A DNA stretch of 64,000 nucleotides from Phaeosaccion multiseriatum. Lineage: Eukaryota > Protista > Ochrophyta, other classes. Every line of letters starts with the position of its first letter. Position 1 is the stretch's first letter. The translations under genes were made by a program, and so were the position numbers. The notes under the pieces are model-generated. The model was given only the letters and a program-made list of their open reading frames with translations. It searched no databases and was not told where the DNA came from. Shown here one piece after another: positions 13,570-26,693 of this stretch. Location of the stretch: the NCBI GenBank assembly GCA_965112735.1, contig OZ218959.1:1550001-1614000 (forward strand), in the 5' to 3' direction.

Positions 13570-14892
13570 GAGCATGGTCGGCCGCAACTCCTACGAAAGC
13601 GGGCGCGTAGCTCTTTGAGTGGACAGGCTCCAAGCGATGACGACTTTGGTCACTATAGTCGACGAGGACCTGACCCGCCCAGAATCGGCTCTGACTCCCA
13701 GCATTGGCGCGGCGCGGTGACACACGACGGTTGGCCCGCGCAGATGGCTGGGGCTGGAACAGACCCGATGATGATGAGGAGGAGGATGATGCCCTCCTCC
13801 GAGCCCAGGCGAAGCGGATCAGGGGCAGGAGGTAGGGCGGTTGGTGAGCACTACTCCGATCCACTTGCCCCACCGCCACCGCCGCATCTGCCCCACCGGT
13901 CCCACCCACATCAGCCGTACTACACGCATCAGTACCAGCAGGGCCACTACCTTGACCCCCACCCCCCTCCCCCTCCCCACCACCCCCACCACTATCACTA
14001 CCCCTACCCGCCAACGCGTCACGAGGGAGAGAAGCGAGAGCTGTATTACAGGCAGAGGCCCCAGCGGCAGCAGCAGCAGTACCAGAGGCGAGAGGAGAGC
14101 GATGCTCGTAAGAGGAGCCACGAGCACGGTCGCCATCTGCAGCAGCAGGACAAGGAGCACCAACACGACCACCGCCTGCCGTCCGGGGCGCAGCAGCGCT
14201 TCTCAGCCCCGCCCTCGGGGGCCCTTGCTTCTTCACACAGGTCGCCGCTGACTCGGCAGCACCAGCAGAAGCAGCAGGAGGAGAAGGAGGGGGAGGGGGA
14301 AGGGGAGGGGGGCAAGCAGGAGGAAGAGGAAGATAGACCGGTCACTCGCAACTTGCATCGGGACAGCTCTACCCGGAGTATGTTTAGCGCAGCGACGACT
14401 CACAGCTGCCCCAGCAGTCCAGAGTACGACAACACGCCAACAACAACAGGCACAAGCACCACTCAGCAACGGGAGGGGGAACAGCAGCCAGTGTCGAGGG
14501 GCCCTCGACCGGCGGGCCTGCCCGGAATCAGTGGCAGCGGCCGCTCTTCGCCCCCAGCGCCCACGCCACCGCCGCAATCAGAAGGGGGGTCGGGTGGGAA
14601 TGGCGGGATCAAGAAGGGAAGAGAGGGCAAAGTGAGAGACCCTCCGACAAAGAGCGGCAGCAGTAGCGACAAGTTTGGGATGGCAGCGCTGGTTACGCAT
14701 TCTGCCCGGGTGTCTTCACTCTCACCACCGAAGAAGAAACGATCAGGACCAGAGGTCAGCAAGGAACAGGAGCCCCCCCCCCCCCCAAATAGACGGGTAC
14801 GACGGCACTATCCTCTGTTGCTGCGGCTGCTACTGCTGCTCCTGGCTGCTGCTTTCCTTCCACTTTTTAATTTACCCCAACCACACCATTGA
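11896..14892 (+). CDS. FrnE/DSBA-like thioredoxin-fold protein with a long low-complexity C-terminal extension
   Basis: Exons 11896-12066 (VEAYLDVICPFCF, CxxC), 12174-12301 (VSWRPW..), 12513-14892 (NTTLAHRLL..HFERGLDLED..GVRAAP..LIGAQP). The true stop is uncertain because of the poly-C run near 14775. Confidence 0.8.
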
Positions 14893-15155
14893 TTTGGATT
14901 TGGAAAGGTTACAATTAGTTGTTTTTATGAATAAATAGAAAGATGTTGATGAGAAGATGGAGGATGAAATCGCGGATGTGGGTCCTCGCCTCTCCGACAA
15001 AAGATCGAAGAATGCCACTATATTTCGTTAGAATAGTGGATGAGTAATGAACCGATGCTCTGGTCGATCCAGAAACTCAAGAGAGTGCCGTAGCATGCTG
15101 GTGGAGCTCTTGTCTGAATACGTGCCCACCGACTGCCATCCTCGCCGTGCCAATG

Positions 15156-17297
15156 TCATCCACTGCCGTCCTGCTGCAGCAGCTGCTGCTGGAGCTCGCA
15201 CAGGAGACGCGCTTCTCGCTCGAGAAGTTGCCGCTGGCGCTCCACTCGAAGGAGCAGGAGAGGCACCCTGGCGGCCCCACCAGTCGAGGAGCAGCAAGAG
15301 CAGGAGGACGGAGACGACGAGACGCACACACTAGCGCCGTGCATCAAGCTCCTCGCCGCCGGAAAGACGTTCTCCTCCTCCTCCTCCACCTCCTGCTCCT
15401 CCTCCTTCTCCTCCTCCTCCTCCTCCTGCTCCTCCTCCTCCTGCTCCTCCTCCTTCTCCTCCTCCTCCTCCTCCTCCTCCTCCTCCTCCTCCCCCTCCTC
15501 CTCCTCCTCCTCCTCCTCCTCCTCCCCTTTCTCCATCTGTCGCGCAAGTGGATAAATCCTTGTGCCACAAGTAGCAGCATTGCTCCCCACTGACTCTGGG
15601 GGAGCTGGAGCTGCTGCCACCCTCCTGTCCTCGCTCCCAAAGCGGTCAACTTGCTGCTCTTGCCCTTGCATGGCCACCCACGCATCAAAGGTTTGAGGAA
15701 AGTGTGGGCCCTGACCGCCGCCCCCCCCTGGACCAGGGGCACCTGTCATCTGCTCCAAAAGTTCCAGCAGCGGCCTCTCTTCTCCCCTCCATTCGTCCCC
15801 TCCATCTTCCCTCCCTCCCCCACCAGTAGTAGTTGCAGTCTCTCGCCTGCTGGCGGACAGAGCCTCGACGGCGTCCACAAGCAAATCGTTCACAGAAGCA
15901 CTTCGTTCCCTCTCTTCTCTCTGATTATCACCCCTGTCTTCCGTCCTCATCGCGATCTCTTCATCATCCTCAGAGCAGCTGCGTCTGATTAGAGACGCCT
16001 CCATCTCCTCCATTGCCTTCATGGGTTTGTCATGCCAGAATGTCGGACAGGCAAAGAAGGGTCGGGCGCTGGTGAGGTGGGTCCTTCTGAAGTAAAATAC
16101 AGATGTGAGCGTGCGCAAACAGTTCCAGCCCTCCTCCGTAGAAAATGGAACCAACCAACCCGACCCGACTTGCTCGAAATAGATAGATGGATAGGGAGAG
16201 AGAGAGAGAGTCCTTTGTTCAGTGCATAGAGTGCTATCTCTCGCTCCGTCACTACTCACCTCAAGCGTTCTTTGCAAGTCCTGGAGAAGAAGGCCAGAAG
16301 ACTCTTCTTCGCTGCCACGCCTCCCCTCTTCCTTTTGGCAAGCCCCTCCTCCCCCCATGGGGCTCGATATTAGGGTCGACAAGTTTGGTAGCCCCATACC
16401 GTGCGTCTCGTTCACAATGTCGTCGTCGTCGTCGTCCTCCTCCTCCTCCTCCTCCTCCTGCTCTTGCTCTCGCTCCTCGGCCTCTCCGCCACTCTCCAGT
16501 CCCTGCCTCTCATGGTCAACATCACTGAAGGAAGAGGACGCAGCAGAGAGCGCCGCCAGGTCGCTTGCGAAGCTTCGCCCCCACTCCTGCTCCCCGTCTC
16601 GTGCTGCTCGTCTCTCCTCCTGACTAGTCCGCACCTGCTCCTCCTCCGTAGGCGTGACTGGTCTGTTATCCAGGAGCGTCAAGCCCGGCAGACTCTTCAA
16701 AACGTGCATACGATAGCCCTGGGCCCGTGTGAGTGAGTTTAGGCGTAAGTCTAGCACAGACAGAAAGGGCAACGACTGTAGCAAAAGGAACAACAAGCGG
16801 GGGGGGGGGGCGAGACGGTAGGAAGAGGCATGAGGCGCAGGACAAGCTCTACCAAATTTCTCTCTTGCGTGGGGCGGACACAGGCTCAAGAATAAAACCA
16901 ACCCACCAACCTGATCTACATACCTTCAATCTGTCGACTTCCGCTCGCCTGATCCGGTTAAAGTACAGATTGAGGTGCTCCAACCCTGCCGCATACTCAA
17001 TGCCTATGCTCCGGGATACGAGGCAAAGAAAGGGAAGGTCTTGGTTGGAAGTACTCCGACTCACAGAGCAACGTCCATTCCCGTTCTCCCGCCTTCTCTG
17101 TTGCTATGCTCTCTCGTGCCCCGCTCCTTACCTGCGAGGGACTGGAGGGAGTTCCTGCTGAGGTCGAGCCAAACGAGGGCTGCATAGCCGCGGAGTGTGT
17201 CCCCGAGACACCTGAGTGATTGCTTCTGCAAGTCAAGCGATAGGGTGGCGCCCTTCTCAACATAGTCCCTCGTGAGTGCATCAGCAGGGGCGCGCAT
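15156..17297 (-). CDS. Leucine-rich-repeat protein with CEP72/LRRC36-like N-terminus (centriolar-type)
   Basis: Exons ~17297-17132 (LVWLDLSRNSLQSLA), ~17004-16925 (GIEYAAGLEHLNLYFNRI), ~16776 onward (LDLRLNSL..YRMHVLKSLPGLTLLDNRPV, LRRcap); acidic low-complexity C-terminus. CEP72 likeness is recalled, not searched. Confidence 0.7.
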
Positions 17298-17421
17298 CTT
17301 TGGAAGAAGAGAAGGGAGATGGAGAAGGAGGGGATGAGGGAGGAGAAGAGAGTAAGTCAACGAATTTTGAATTCCCCGGCTTCATTTCCTCCCCTCTTCT
17401 TCATTAGAGAGAGAGAGAGCT

Positions 17422-18949
17422 ATGACGCAACGAAGCATGTCCGCCTTCCTCAAGGGGGTGGCACCATCCGCAGGATCCGGGTCAGGAGGTGGATCAAGAG
17501 CAGGAGCAGCAGTGGCTGCAGCGGCACCACAGGTGGCCCTGCCAACACGAGGAAAGAGGACCTACCCCATCGGAGCAAAGGCTGGGGGAGAGAACGACAA
17601 TGATGAGCGGCCAGACTTCTCTCGTCTGAAGAAGAGGGCTCTCATCAGGACCGCAGCCGCCTCCATCACAGAAAGCAATAGCAGCGAAAGCAGCACCAGC
17701 ACCAGCACCACCAGCACAAGCTCGGGAGGAGCAGCAGGAGTAGGGGACATCGATATGGGTGGAATGGAAATTACGGACCCTGCCTGGAAAGCGGCTCTAG
17801 AGAAAGAGATGAACAAGTCCTACTTCAAAAACTTGGTCAAGTTCGTCAACAAGGAGAGGAAGAAGGCCAAGGTGTACCCGCCGCCAGAGATGGTCTTCAA
17901 CGCCCTCAATGCTTGCCCTTTGGATGACGTCAAGGTCGTCGTGCTCGGCCAGGTAAGGCCCAAGCAACACTGCACAGATGTAGGGGGGGGGGGGGGGAGC
18001 TTAGGCGACTCACTCTTGTGTTTTTGTTTTTGTTGTTGTCTCGCTTGCGAATATCAACAGGACCCATACCACGGTCCGGGGCAGGCCCACGGTCTATCCT
18101 TCAGCGTGTTGCCGGGCGTCGCTCAGCCTCCCAGTTTGAGGAATATGATCAAAGAGGCTGTGAGTTGCTGCGGTATCACCCCGACGAAGGAGGGCACGCT
18201 GACATCCTGGTGCAATCAGGGAGTCCTCCTCCTCAACACCGTCTTGACAGTCGAGGCGGGAAAGGCCAACTCGCACAAGAAGAAGGGGTGGGAAACGTTC
18301 ACGGACACGATAGTGCGGATATTGAACAAGGTGATTGATGAATGAGTGTGGGGGCGAGAGAGGGAGGAGGAGTGGCGAGGGGGGAGGGAGAGAGAAGGAG
18401 GAGGGGAACGGGATGAGGCGGTTTGTCACCTATGATGATGTCGGGCAGTGCTTCTGAGGAGTAAGCTGCACGCCTGCGTTATCCTCGCATGGTAACCCAT
18501 TGAAGCGGGCGGGCTCATGTAGACTCACAGTAGGGGAGGGGGGCTGGCCCCGAAGAGGCCGACAAGAGCCCGCTGCCCCCACCTTCTGGCCACTTGTCCT
18601 GACCCCCCTCGCCCTGACATGTGTTCCTTTCCTACGCGCCTGGCTCTGTGGTGTCTCTCTGCCGCCTGCTGCTCGCTCTCTCTCTCTTCTCTCCTCTCTC
18701 CCCCCCCCCTCGCAGCGCGAGAGGCCCATCGTGTTTCTTCTGTGGGGCAAGCCCAGCCAGGAGAAGGGCTCCAGCATCAACCGCAGCAAGCACTGTGTAA
18801 TCACCACGTCTCACCCCTCCCCCTTGGGAGCCACCAAGACCAACGAGCCCTTCACGGGCTCTCGTTGCTTTGCGAGGGCTAACGAGAAGTTGGAGGAGTG
18901 GGACGTCGATCCCATCGACTGGAACCTGTCGAAGCTTTCCCTCAAGTAG
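17422..18949 (+). CDS. UNG: Uracil-DNA glycosylase, family 1
   Basis: Exons 17422-17952, 18061-18330, 18716-18949; motifs GQDPYH, AHGLSFSV, GVLLLN, VFLLWG, HPSPL; N-terminal PIP-box-like QRSMSAFL. Confidence 0.97.
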
Positions 18950-19525
18950 TAGTTCGGGGATTTAAAAAAAATAAATAAAAATTACGGGGCCGAGTCCCGC
19001 AAGGGCGTTTCCTCGGGCCGAAACTTGGGGGCTGCGGGATTTCGTCAATAGTACAACGTGGTGCCTTCGCTACGCTCAGGCAGGAAGAAGAAAGGTGGAA
19101 GAAAGGAAACGCGGGTGGTGGGCAAGGCCCGCGTGCGGGAGATGTGCCTGTCGCTCAGTCAGTCAGTCACTCAGTCTTTATTGAACGACTCACTCACTCA
19201 GTCACTCAATGTGTCAGCCAGTCAGTCTTGTCAGTAATCAGTCAATCAGGCAGTCAGTCAATCAGGCAGTCAGACAGTGTTGTAGCTACAGTGGAGAGAG
19301 GAGGGGGGGAATAATCCAAAGGTACTTTAACACTCCAAACTGCCCCCGATAAATTTTTTGGACGAACTCCGCAGAGAGAGAGAAGCGCTATAGCTCTTCG
19401 TGTAGCTCTTTGAGATGCCTACCGACACATGGTCTTTCGGCTTTCATCGCTTTTTCCCTTCCTTACAATTGTACTTGTCAGCATTTCTGCAACAGCACTT
19501 CCCCTTGCCGCCCCAAAAAAAAGGT

Positions 19526-19871
19526 ATTACGTAAGACGCGACGGTTACAAAAGTTCCCGGGCCACGGGCGTTAGTAGGCGGCGAGGCCCCGCAACAAACA
19601 GGACACTCTGCCCTTTGTCAAAGAGCTGCGCTCAATCTAGGATTACGTAAGACGCGACGGTTACAAAAGTTCCCGGGCCACGGGCGTTAGTAGGCGGCGA
19701 GGCCCCGCAACAAACAGGACACTCTGCCCTTTGTCAAAGAGCTGCGCTCAATCTAGGATTACGTAAGACGCGACGGTTACAAAAGTTCCCGGGCCACGGG
19801 CGTTAGTAGGCGGCGAGGCCCCGCAACAAACAGGACACTCTGCCCTTTCTCAAAGAGCTGCGCTCAATCTA
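19526..19871. repeat. Three near-identical 116-bp tandem copies
   Basis: Units start ATTACGTAAGACGCG at 19526, 19642 and 19758. Confidence 0.95.
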
Positions 19872-20030
19872 CTACTTACTGGCTGGGGGGATTGAATTAG
19901 CAGCATAAGTCTGCGGCGTCAGCCGCGAAGAGTCTGCATGGTGAGAAGAAAACACCAACACCACCAGGACCTTACGGAAGAGAGAAGTGATATTCCAGGG
20001 GGTGTCCCCGGGTCCCTCCACTGATTCAGG

Positions 20031-21353
20031 ATGCATAAAGACGCCTGCACAGAGGACTACGAATGCGATGTGGAAACTCTTTGCACCGAAGGTAACGAGG
20101 AGTGGGTGAGGGAAGAGGAGGAGGAGGAGGAGGAGGAGGAGGAGGAGGAGGAGGAGGAGGAGGAGGAGGAGGAGGAGGAGGAGTTGTGGTTGTACTAGGG
20201 AAGAAGCAAGGCAACTCAACTCTTCTATCCTAACTTGCTGCTTGTGTCTCGCCCGTCCTTCTCCGCCATCTCGCCCATCTACAGGAGGACTGTGCGCGTG
20301 CTTCGCCGGCTGGGGAGAAGTAGGTGGGTGCGGAAGAATGCCTAGATTTTTGGACACCTGTTAACCCTCTGCACGTGGCTGTCCCTTTCATTGGTCTTCC
20401 CCTCCCCCCCGTCTCCCTTTCTCGCGCTACTGGCTGCTTGCTTCTCAGATGGAGACTGTAAGGAGCGGAGCTGGCAGAGCTGGCTGGTGGGCATCTTCAT
20501 GGTGGCACAGGCCATCCGAGTGGGGCTTCTTTTACTGAACTCCTCGCTCGGGCTTGTCAAGCTCACGAAGGACTCCCAGCAGATTGCGCCGTCGGTCAAA
20601 AGGACGGCCTACTTCGTTGTGCTTGCTTCGAGCCTCATGTGCTGTAACTACATCTTCATCTGCTTGTCCGCGATGAGGCTCATTTCGTACTGGACATTTA
20701 TGAAGTACAAGGTGTACCTGATATCTGTCACGGAAGTGTTCTGGCTACTGCCCCCCGCAACAGTTTTTACCGGTGGGTGGGTGGGTGGGTGGGTGGGTGT
20801 GTGATTTGCACGGGACGGGCCGGAGGAAGATAGGCTTGCGGGAAGGGATGATTGGGGCTTCCGCGTGATTCAGCCGGTGTCCTACCTGACTGCCAGGCAG
20901 CCGACGCTTACTCCTGCCCCGTACCACTGGACTTTTCCCTTTCTTGCTCTCTGCCACGTCATACGCCATGCTCCCTCACGTACCTACATACGTACTTACA
21001 CACATACATACATGCAGTCTGGATCGATCTCGCCAATGCCACTGCGGTTAGGAGCAGGATGAAGAGACAGCTCCGACGCTCCAAATTCGTCATCAATGGC
21101 GGCATGGTGGCTCTCTTACTAGCCATGGTTGTGTGCATAGAACAAGACCGGCCTGACTTGGTCCACTTACTGCGTCTCTTTGGGGTGGGGGTGATTCTGA
21201 TGATGTGCCTCATCGGCTCCAATAAGCTCCTAAAAAAACTGAATGAGGGCGACAAGGTGAGAAGACAAAGGCCAGAGACAAGCGAGGAGGCGAGGACGGA
21301 GTGACTTGCATGTAGAATGTAGGCTGGGGCTAGGGGTGGTTGGCTCTCTCTTC

Positions 21354-21410
<57 letters not shown>

Positions 21411-22334
21411 TCTCTTGACATGGGAGGTACTTGTTGCACCAGCCAGTCCAGACAGTCCACGAGTCCAGCGAGTGGAGCACCTCCTTGCTGGCGTCCTGAC
21501 ACGCCTGCCTCCTTTACTGGTACCTACCATACCATCGGCGCGTCGCTTTCGCCCCCCTTTCACCTCACTCCCCTGCCATTCACTGCATCTCTCTCTTTCT
21601 CTCTGCGATAGGGGCAGCGAAGTGAGAAGGTGGCGTCGACAAGCGAGTCCGTGAAAGAAGCCGCAACCAAGGTTAGAGTGGTGTGTGTTGGGACAAGAGT
21701 CATATAGGATGAAGATCAGCATGTACATATGCATGCAAACGCACACACACGCACACACACGCACACACATACACACATACACACGCACGCACGTAAACCT
21801 GCCACCCTCCTCGTAAAAAGATGTTTGACGCTTCCCATGGCCCCTGCCGTCCTGAATTGCGTGCTGCCTCTGTGACTGCTCCCTGCCTCACCCCCCTCAA
21901 CCCCTTGCCCGATTCGCTCTTTGCACTTCTTGCCCCACCACCCGCCCCTACAGATGGGACTGCGGGCTTGGTACTCCATCCTCGGCCTCATGACAGGGGC
22001 GGCCGCACTGACGAGGGTGCAAGGCGCTGGGAACATGTACATCCTCGGCCTCCTCGTATCTACGTACTCCGAAGTCAGCCTCATCAAGGGCACCTTCACT
22101 TATATTCAGGTGGGTGGGTATGACGTGGGCATGGCGACAAGCCTTGGGTGAAGACGTGTACAATCCCCCAGTCTCAGCTGCGTCCACCCTATGCGGCCTT
22201 CAATATCTTTCGTCGCTTATCTATTCCCCTCCTCCTCCTCCTCCTCCTCCTCCTCCTCCTCCTCCTCCTCCTCCTCCTCCTCCTCCTCCTCCTCCTCCTC
22301 CTCCTCCTCCTCGCCTTCTTTCTTCCTGCTTCTT

Positions 22335-22379
<45 letters not shown>

Positions 22380-23331
22380 TACTACTACTACTCCTTATTC
22401 CTTAATTACTACTACCCAAACACAGATCTTCCTCAAGAGCGAGTTTGACGTCGGCGGTAGCGTGCTGCACTGCCTCTACTACCTCATCCCCTCCCTCTTG
22501 AAGCGATGCAAGGACACCAAGCCTGTACAAACCGCCTTGAACAACTATGCAAAGTGGGACCACGATCGCCACAAAAAGATTGGCCGCCTCGTTCGCCTCC
22601 AGGACTTTAGCGAATCAAGAACCGGGGGGAGTGTAAGCAATGACTCGGCAAACGGAGACTCTGTCGTTGTCGTGGCCTCTCCAGACTCTGCCGCCGAGGA
22701 AACCAAAGTGCACGAGGAAGCTGCTGCTGCTGCTGCTATTGTTGTTGCGGCTGCCCGAAAAGCGGCGCGAACGGCGACATCGAGACACCTCGTTGTGCCT
22801 ATGTCAGAGACGGACGAGGAGGACCTACTAGAAGGAGGAGGAGGAGGAGGGTTCCCTGCCGCCCCTGCCAGTACCCACAGAGGCCGATCCGTGAGTCGAA
22901 GCGGCACCTTGGGTGGTACCGGTGGTCGAGGTCGCTCAGCCTTGAGTAGAACCAACACGTATGGCGTGCATCACCGTCAACAGGACTCGTACTCACAATT
23001 GGCGGCAGGCACCCCCGCTTCTGTCTTGCACGCGGATAAGAGGAAGAATATGTCTCGTGCACATACGTATGGCAGCGGCGCGGCTGGCCAAGAGGGTCCG
23101 AGTCGCTTTGCACAGCTCCAGCGACACGCTACTGAAGCGCTGGCCATCGGGCCGAGACAAAGCAATCGAGTGGTCCCCATAGATGCTGCAGGTGCTGACC
23201 TCTTTAGCGCTCCTCTCCTCTATGAGGAGAGCGAGGGGGACACATCGGATACGAGGGAGGACCAAAAGGGGCAGCAGCTTATAGTGAAAGAGCAGGAGGA
23301 GGAGGAGGAGGAGGAAATGGAAGAGGCGTAG
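20031..23331 (+). CDS. Cys-rich (EGF-like) N-terminal domain + ~7 TM receptor-like protein, paralogue A
   Basis: Exons 20031-20091, 20285-20323, 20449-20772, 21018-21256, 21612-21671, 21954-22109, 22426-23331 splice in frame; six-Cys N-terminus, seven hydrophobic segments, long hydrophilic tail. Confidence 0.8.
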
Positions 23332-23927
23332 GAGGAGGAGGAGGAGGAGCAGCAAGAGAGCAGGAGGTGATGGAAGAGGCGTGGGAAAACGAGGAATAGA
23401 AGAGGACGAGGAAAGAACAGCGCCACGGGGAGCTGCAGAAGAAGGCCACGGAAGAAGGAAAAGATCGGGAGGAAGGCCGAGACATTGGATATAGCTACTC
23501 TCTCTCTCTGTGTGTGTGTGTGCGCGCGCGTGTGTGTGTGTGCGTGCAAGGGAAGAGCTGATTGTCCGACAAATGACATGATTTACAACAAGAGGGGCGG
23601 GTCCGGTAAGCGGCTGACAGCATAAAGAGAAGGGGTGGGGTTTGATATTAATACCTAAAAGGAGGAGGAGTGAAAGATAATCACAAGGTGTGGCGCCACA
23701 CCACACTCGCACCACACACAGGGGACAGAAGGGGAATTGGGAGAGGGAAGAAAACAATAATTCAGTTATTGTATGTACCATGAGAGGGAAGAAACAAGAG
23801 AATAAACAAAAATTCATTTGTGGTAAAAAGTATATTGATACAGTACAATGTACTACGAAGTACAAAAGGGAGGAGGGGAAGGAAGGATGGGATGGGCTCA
23901 GGCCAGCGCCGCCCCTCTACGGGACTC

Positions 23928-25955
23928 CTACCCCTCCTCTTCCCCCTCTTCCTCTTCACTGATCCACTCGGGCATGGGGTCGGGCAACGCTGCCCATGCC
24001 TCCGGCCCGCCCAAGTCCATCTCGGCTTCGCTCAGCAGGCAGTCGGTCAGGGCTGCACGGAGCTTGTCACCGTCCATATGGATGCCAATAAAGACGAGCT
24101 CCTGCCGTCGGTCGCCCCATTCGCCGCCCCCCTCCAGCTCGGGCAGGATGAAGTCCCTCTCCTCCTCCGGCCACTCACTCTCGGGCAGGCTCGCCCACCA
24201 GGACCCTCCGAAATCGCTGCTAAAGGCCCCCCCCGCCTGGCTCCAGATGCCCATGAACTCGTGCCGAGTGGCCAGCCAAAAGAAGCCCTTTGAGCGAATC
24301 ACAGATGGCAAATGCTCCTCGATGAAGCCCAGCAGCCTCTCCGGGTGGAAGGGCCGTCGGGCCCGGAAGGTGAAGCTGGAAATTCCGTACCGTTCGGTCT
24401 CAGGGAGGTGTTCCTCGTCGGCTAGGCTCTCCTGGTTGAGCTGCTGTAACCACCCTGGCGCTTGCATGGCAGCCTCAAAGTCAAACAGGCCCGTCCCCAG
24501 GATGTTGTTCAAAGGGATGTGCGAGTTGGTAGTACGGTGAAGCACCGCACCAGGGTTGAGCTTGTGAATCATGCCCTCCAAGCCGCACAGCTGCTCCTCG
24601 CTGCACATGTCCGCTTTGTTGAGTAGAATCACATTGGCAAACTCCACCTGATAGGATTGAGAGAGGGGTTTGGGCCGAGTGCGTACAGGCAGGCAGGCAG
24701 GCAGGAAAAGGGTGCGGGGCAGGGACGAAGTCATAGGGCACATGGTTGTTTAGTAGATGGGAGGAGAGGGGAGGAGAGGGGAGGATGGCAGTAGGGTGGG
24801 AGAGAAGGGCAGTAGATTAGGAGGGCAGGGCAGGGGAAGAGAGAGGAGCGAGGCCTGAGCCTTGCTGCTACCTGGCTACCTGCTACTTTCCGTTCCTCTC
24901 CTTTTTACCTCCAGACTTTGCGAATCGCAGAAAACGCCCCCCCCCCATTTATTAACTGCCATCTCCCCCTCCCCTCTCCTTTTCCATACCTGCGAGACTA
25001 TGAGGTCCGCAACAGTCCGTACGTCCTCCTCTCCCGCCGCGAGGCCCCTCCCCTGCAGGTCGTCCGCCTCCTTTAACTCCTGCCAGAAAGACTGTGCATC
25101 CACCACCGTCACCATACAGTCGAGTCTCGCCAGATCTGCTAGACTCGTTCCGTCCTCCATAGTGTGAGCGAACGTCTCCGCCACAGGCATTGGCTCTGAG
25201 ATTCCCGTGCTCTCGATGACGAGGTGGTCGAAACGCGAAGTACCTTCCTCTGCAAAGGCTGCCACTTCGCGAAGTAGATCCTCGCGAAGTGTGCAGCAAA
25301 TGCATCCGTTCTCAAGCTCCACTAGGCTCTCTGCTACTTGACGCATGCTTGCTGCGTCGCTGCCATCGCTGCCACATCTTTCCGCCTCCTGCGCGTAGCT
25401 CAAGTCCGGTCGGAGGAGCTTGGCGTCGATGTTGACATCCGCCATATCGTTGACAATGACTGCCACTTTCTTTCCCTCTGTGTTGCGTAGGATGTGGCGG
25501 AGGAGTGTGGTCTTGCCCGCCCCCAAGAAGCCCGACAAGACCGTCACGGGTAGGGTACTGTCGGCTGGTGATGATGGTGATGATGATGATGCAGAGGATG
25601 TAGTCGATGGCTCCGAAGCTGTGGAGAAGAGCGCTGAGGAGCTCGACGCCGGCGACGACAACCAGGAGGTGGTGATCGGTCCTGGCCTTCCTGCTGCACC
25701 GAGAAAGCCACTCACATCCATCTCTGCCCTCCTCCGCCTCCTTCTCGCCCCCATTTCATCACTACCAAGGCCACTCGGGCTGCTCCTGCTGCTCCTGCTC
25801 CTGATGCTGCTGCTGGCCCTGTTGCTCATGAGCCAGGCCGGGGCGCGATGATTTGAGGTAACAAACGCAGCGGGTCTGAAACAAGAGCACGAGCGCAAGT
25901 AGCGGCTACTGCAGGCGATACTTAGTACTATCGTCATTGTTTTTCGGGGCCCCAT
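23928..25955 (-). CDS. COG0523/CobW-family zinc-metallochaperone GTPase with N-terminal organellar presequence
   Basis: Exons ~25955 (or 25937)-24990 and 24647-23928; [22 protein letters not shown], CobW_C ([27 protein letters not shown]). Confidence 0.95.
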
Positions 25956-26188
25956 TTGGTTGTTCGCTGCTTGTTGCTCCTGACTCGTGCGCGGGGGCCC
26001 GGCCGCGCGCGCAGCGGCGCGGGATACATCCCGGCTCACAGGGTCGTCGCCGAACGACCAACCGTCTAAGGACATTTGTAACGGCAGATCGATCGACTCG
26101 AACTGTGGGGGTGTACTCCTGAGTTCAGTGGTCTCAGACAGTGCTGCCTTCTATCCAGGCTACAGGCAGGTAGATCAGCCCAGGCAGA

Positions 26189-26641
26189 ATGGACCTTCGC
26201 GGGGTAGAGTACAAGGAAGAGCAGGGGGGGGATGGGCAACCTCAGCTGGACGACCAATTGTACTATGGCGATGAGCAGCAGCAGCAGAAGCAAGAGGGGA
26301 TGCATGAGCAGATGATGATGGAACAGCAGAAGCTTCAGGAGGAGCAGCAGCAGCAGCAGCAGCTTGAGATGCGGGGAGGGGAGGTCATGATGGAGGAGGA
26401 GGAGGACGATGAGGACGCCGATGGGCTTGACTTTGAGGACATCATTCGCAACTTTGCCAACGATCCTCACATGGACCGCATTCACCAGGCCCAGTACCAA
26501 GGCCTTATGCAGACCTATGATAGAGTGATGGAGGAGCTGAAGGAGAGCGAGTCTGAGTACAAGAAGATCAAGACACGGAGAGAGACTGTGGGCGTAGACC
26601 TGTACAACATTCAACAGCAGCTGGCGCGATTACAGGCAAGG

Positions 26642-26693
<52 letters not shown>

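Noticed and set aside
18985-19082. GC-rich hairpins after the UNG 3' end as an ncRNA or Helitron end
   Set aside because: Stems are short and imperfect, single copy in the window, with no supporting motif
19526-19871. 5S rRNA tandem array (similar unit length)
   Set aside because: No recognisable 5S sequence on either strand and no spacer or poly-T terminator
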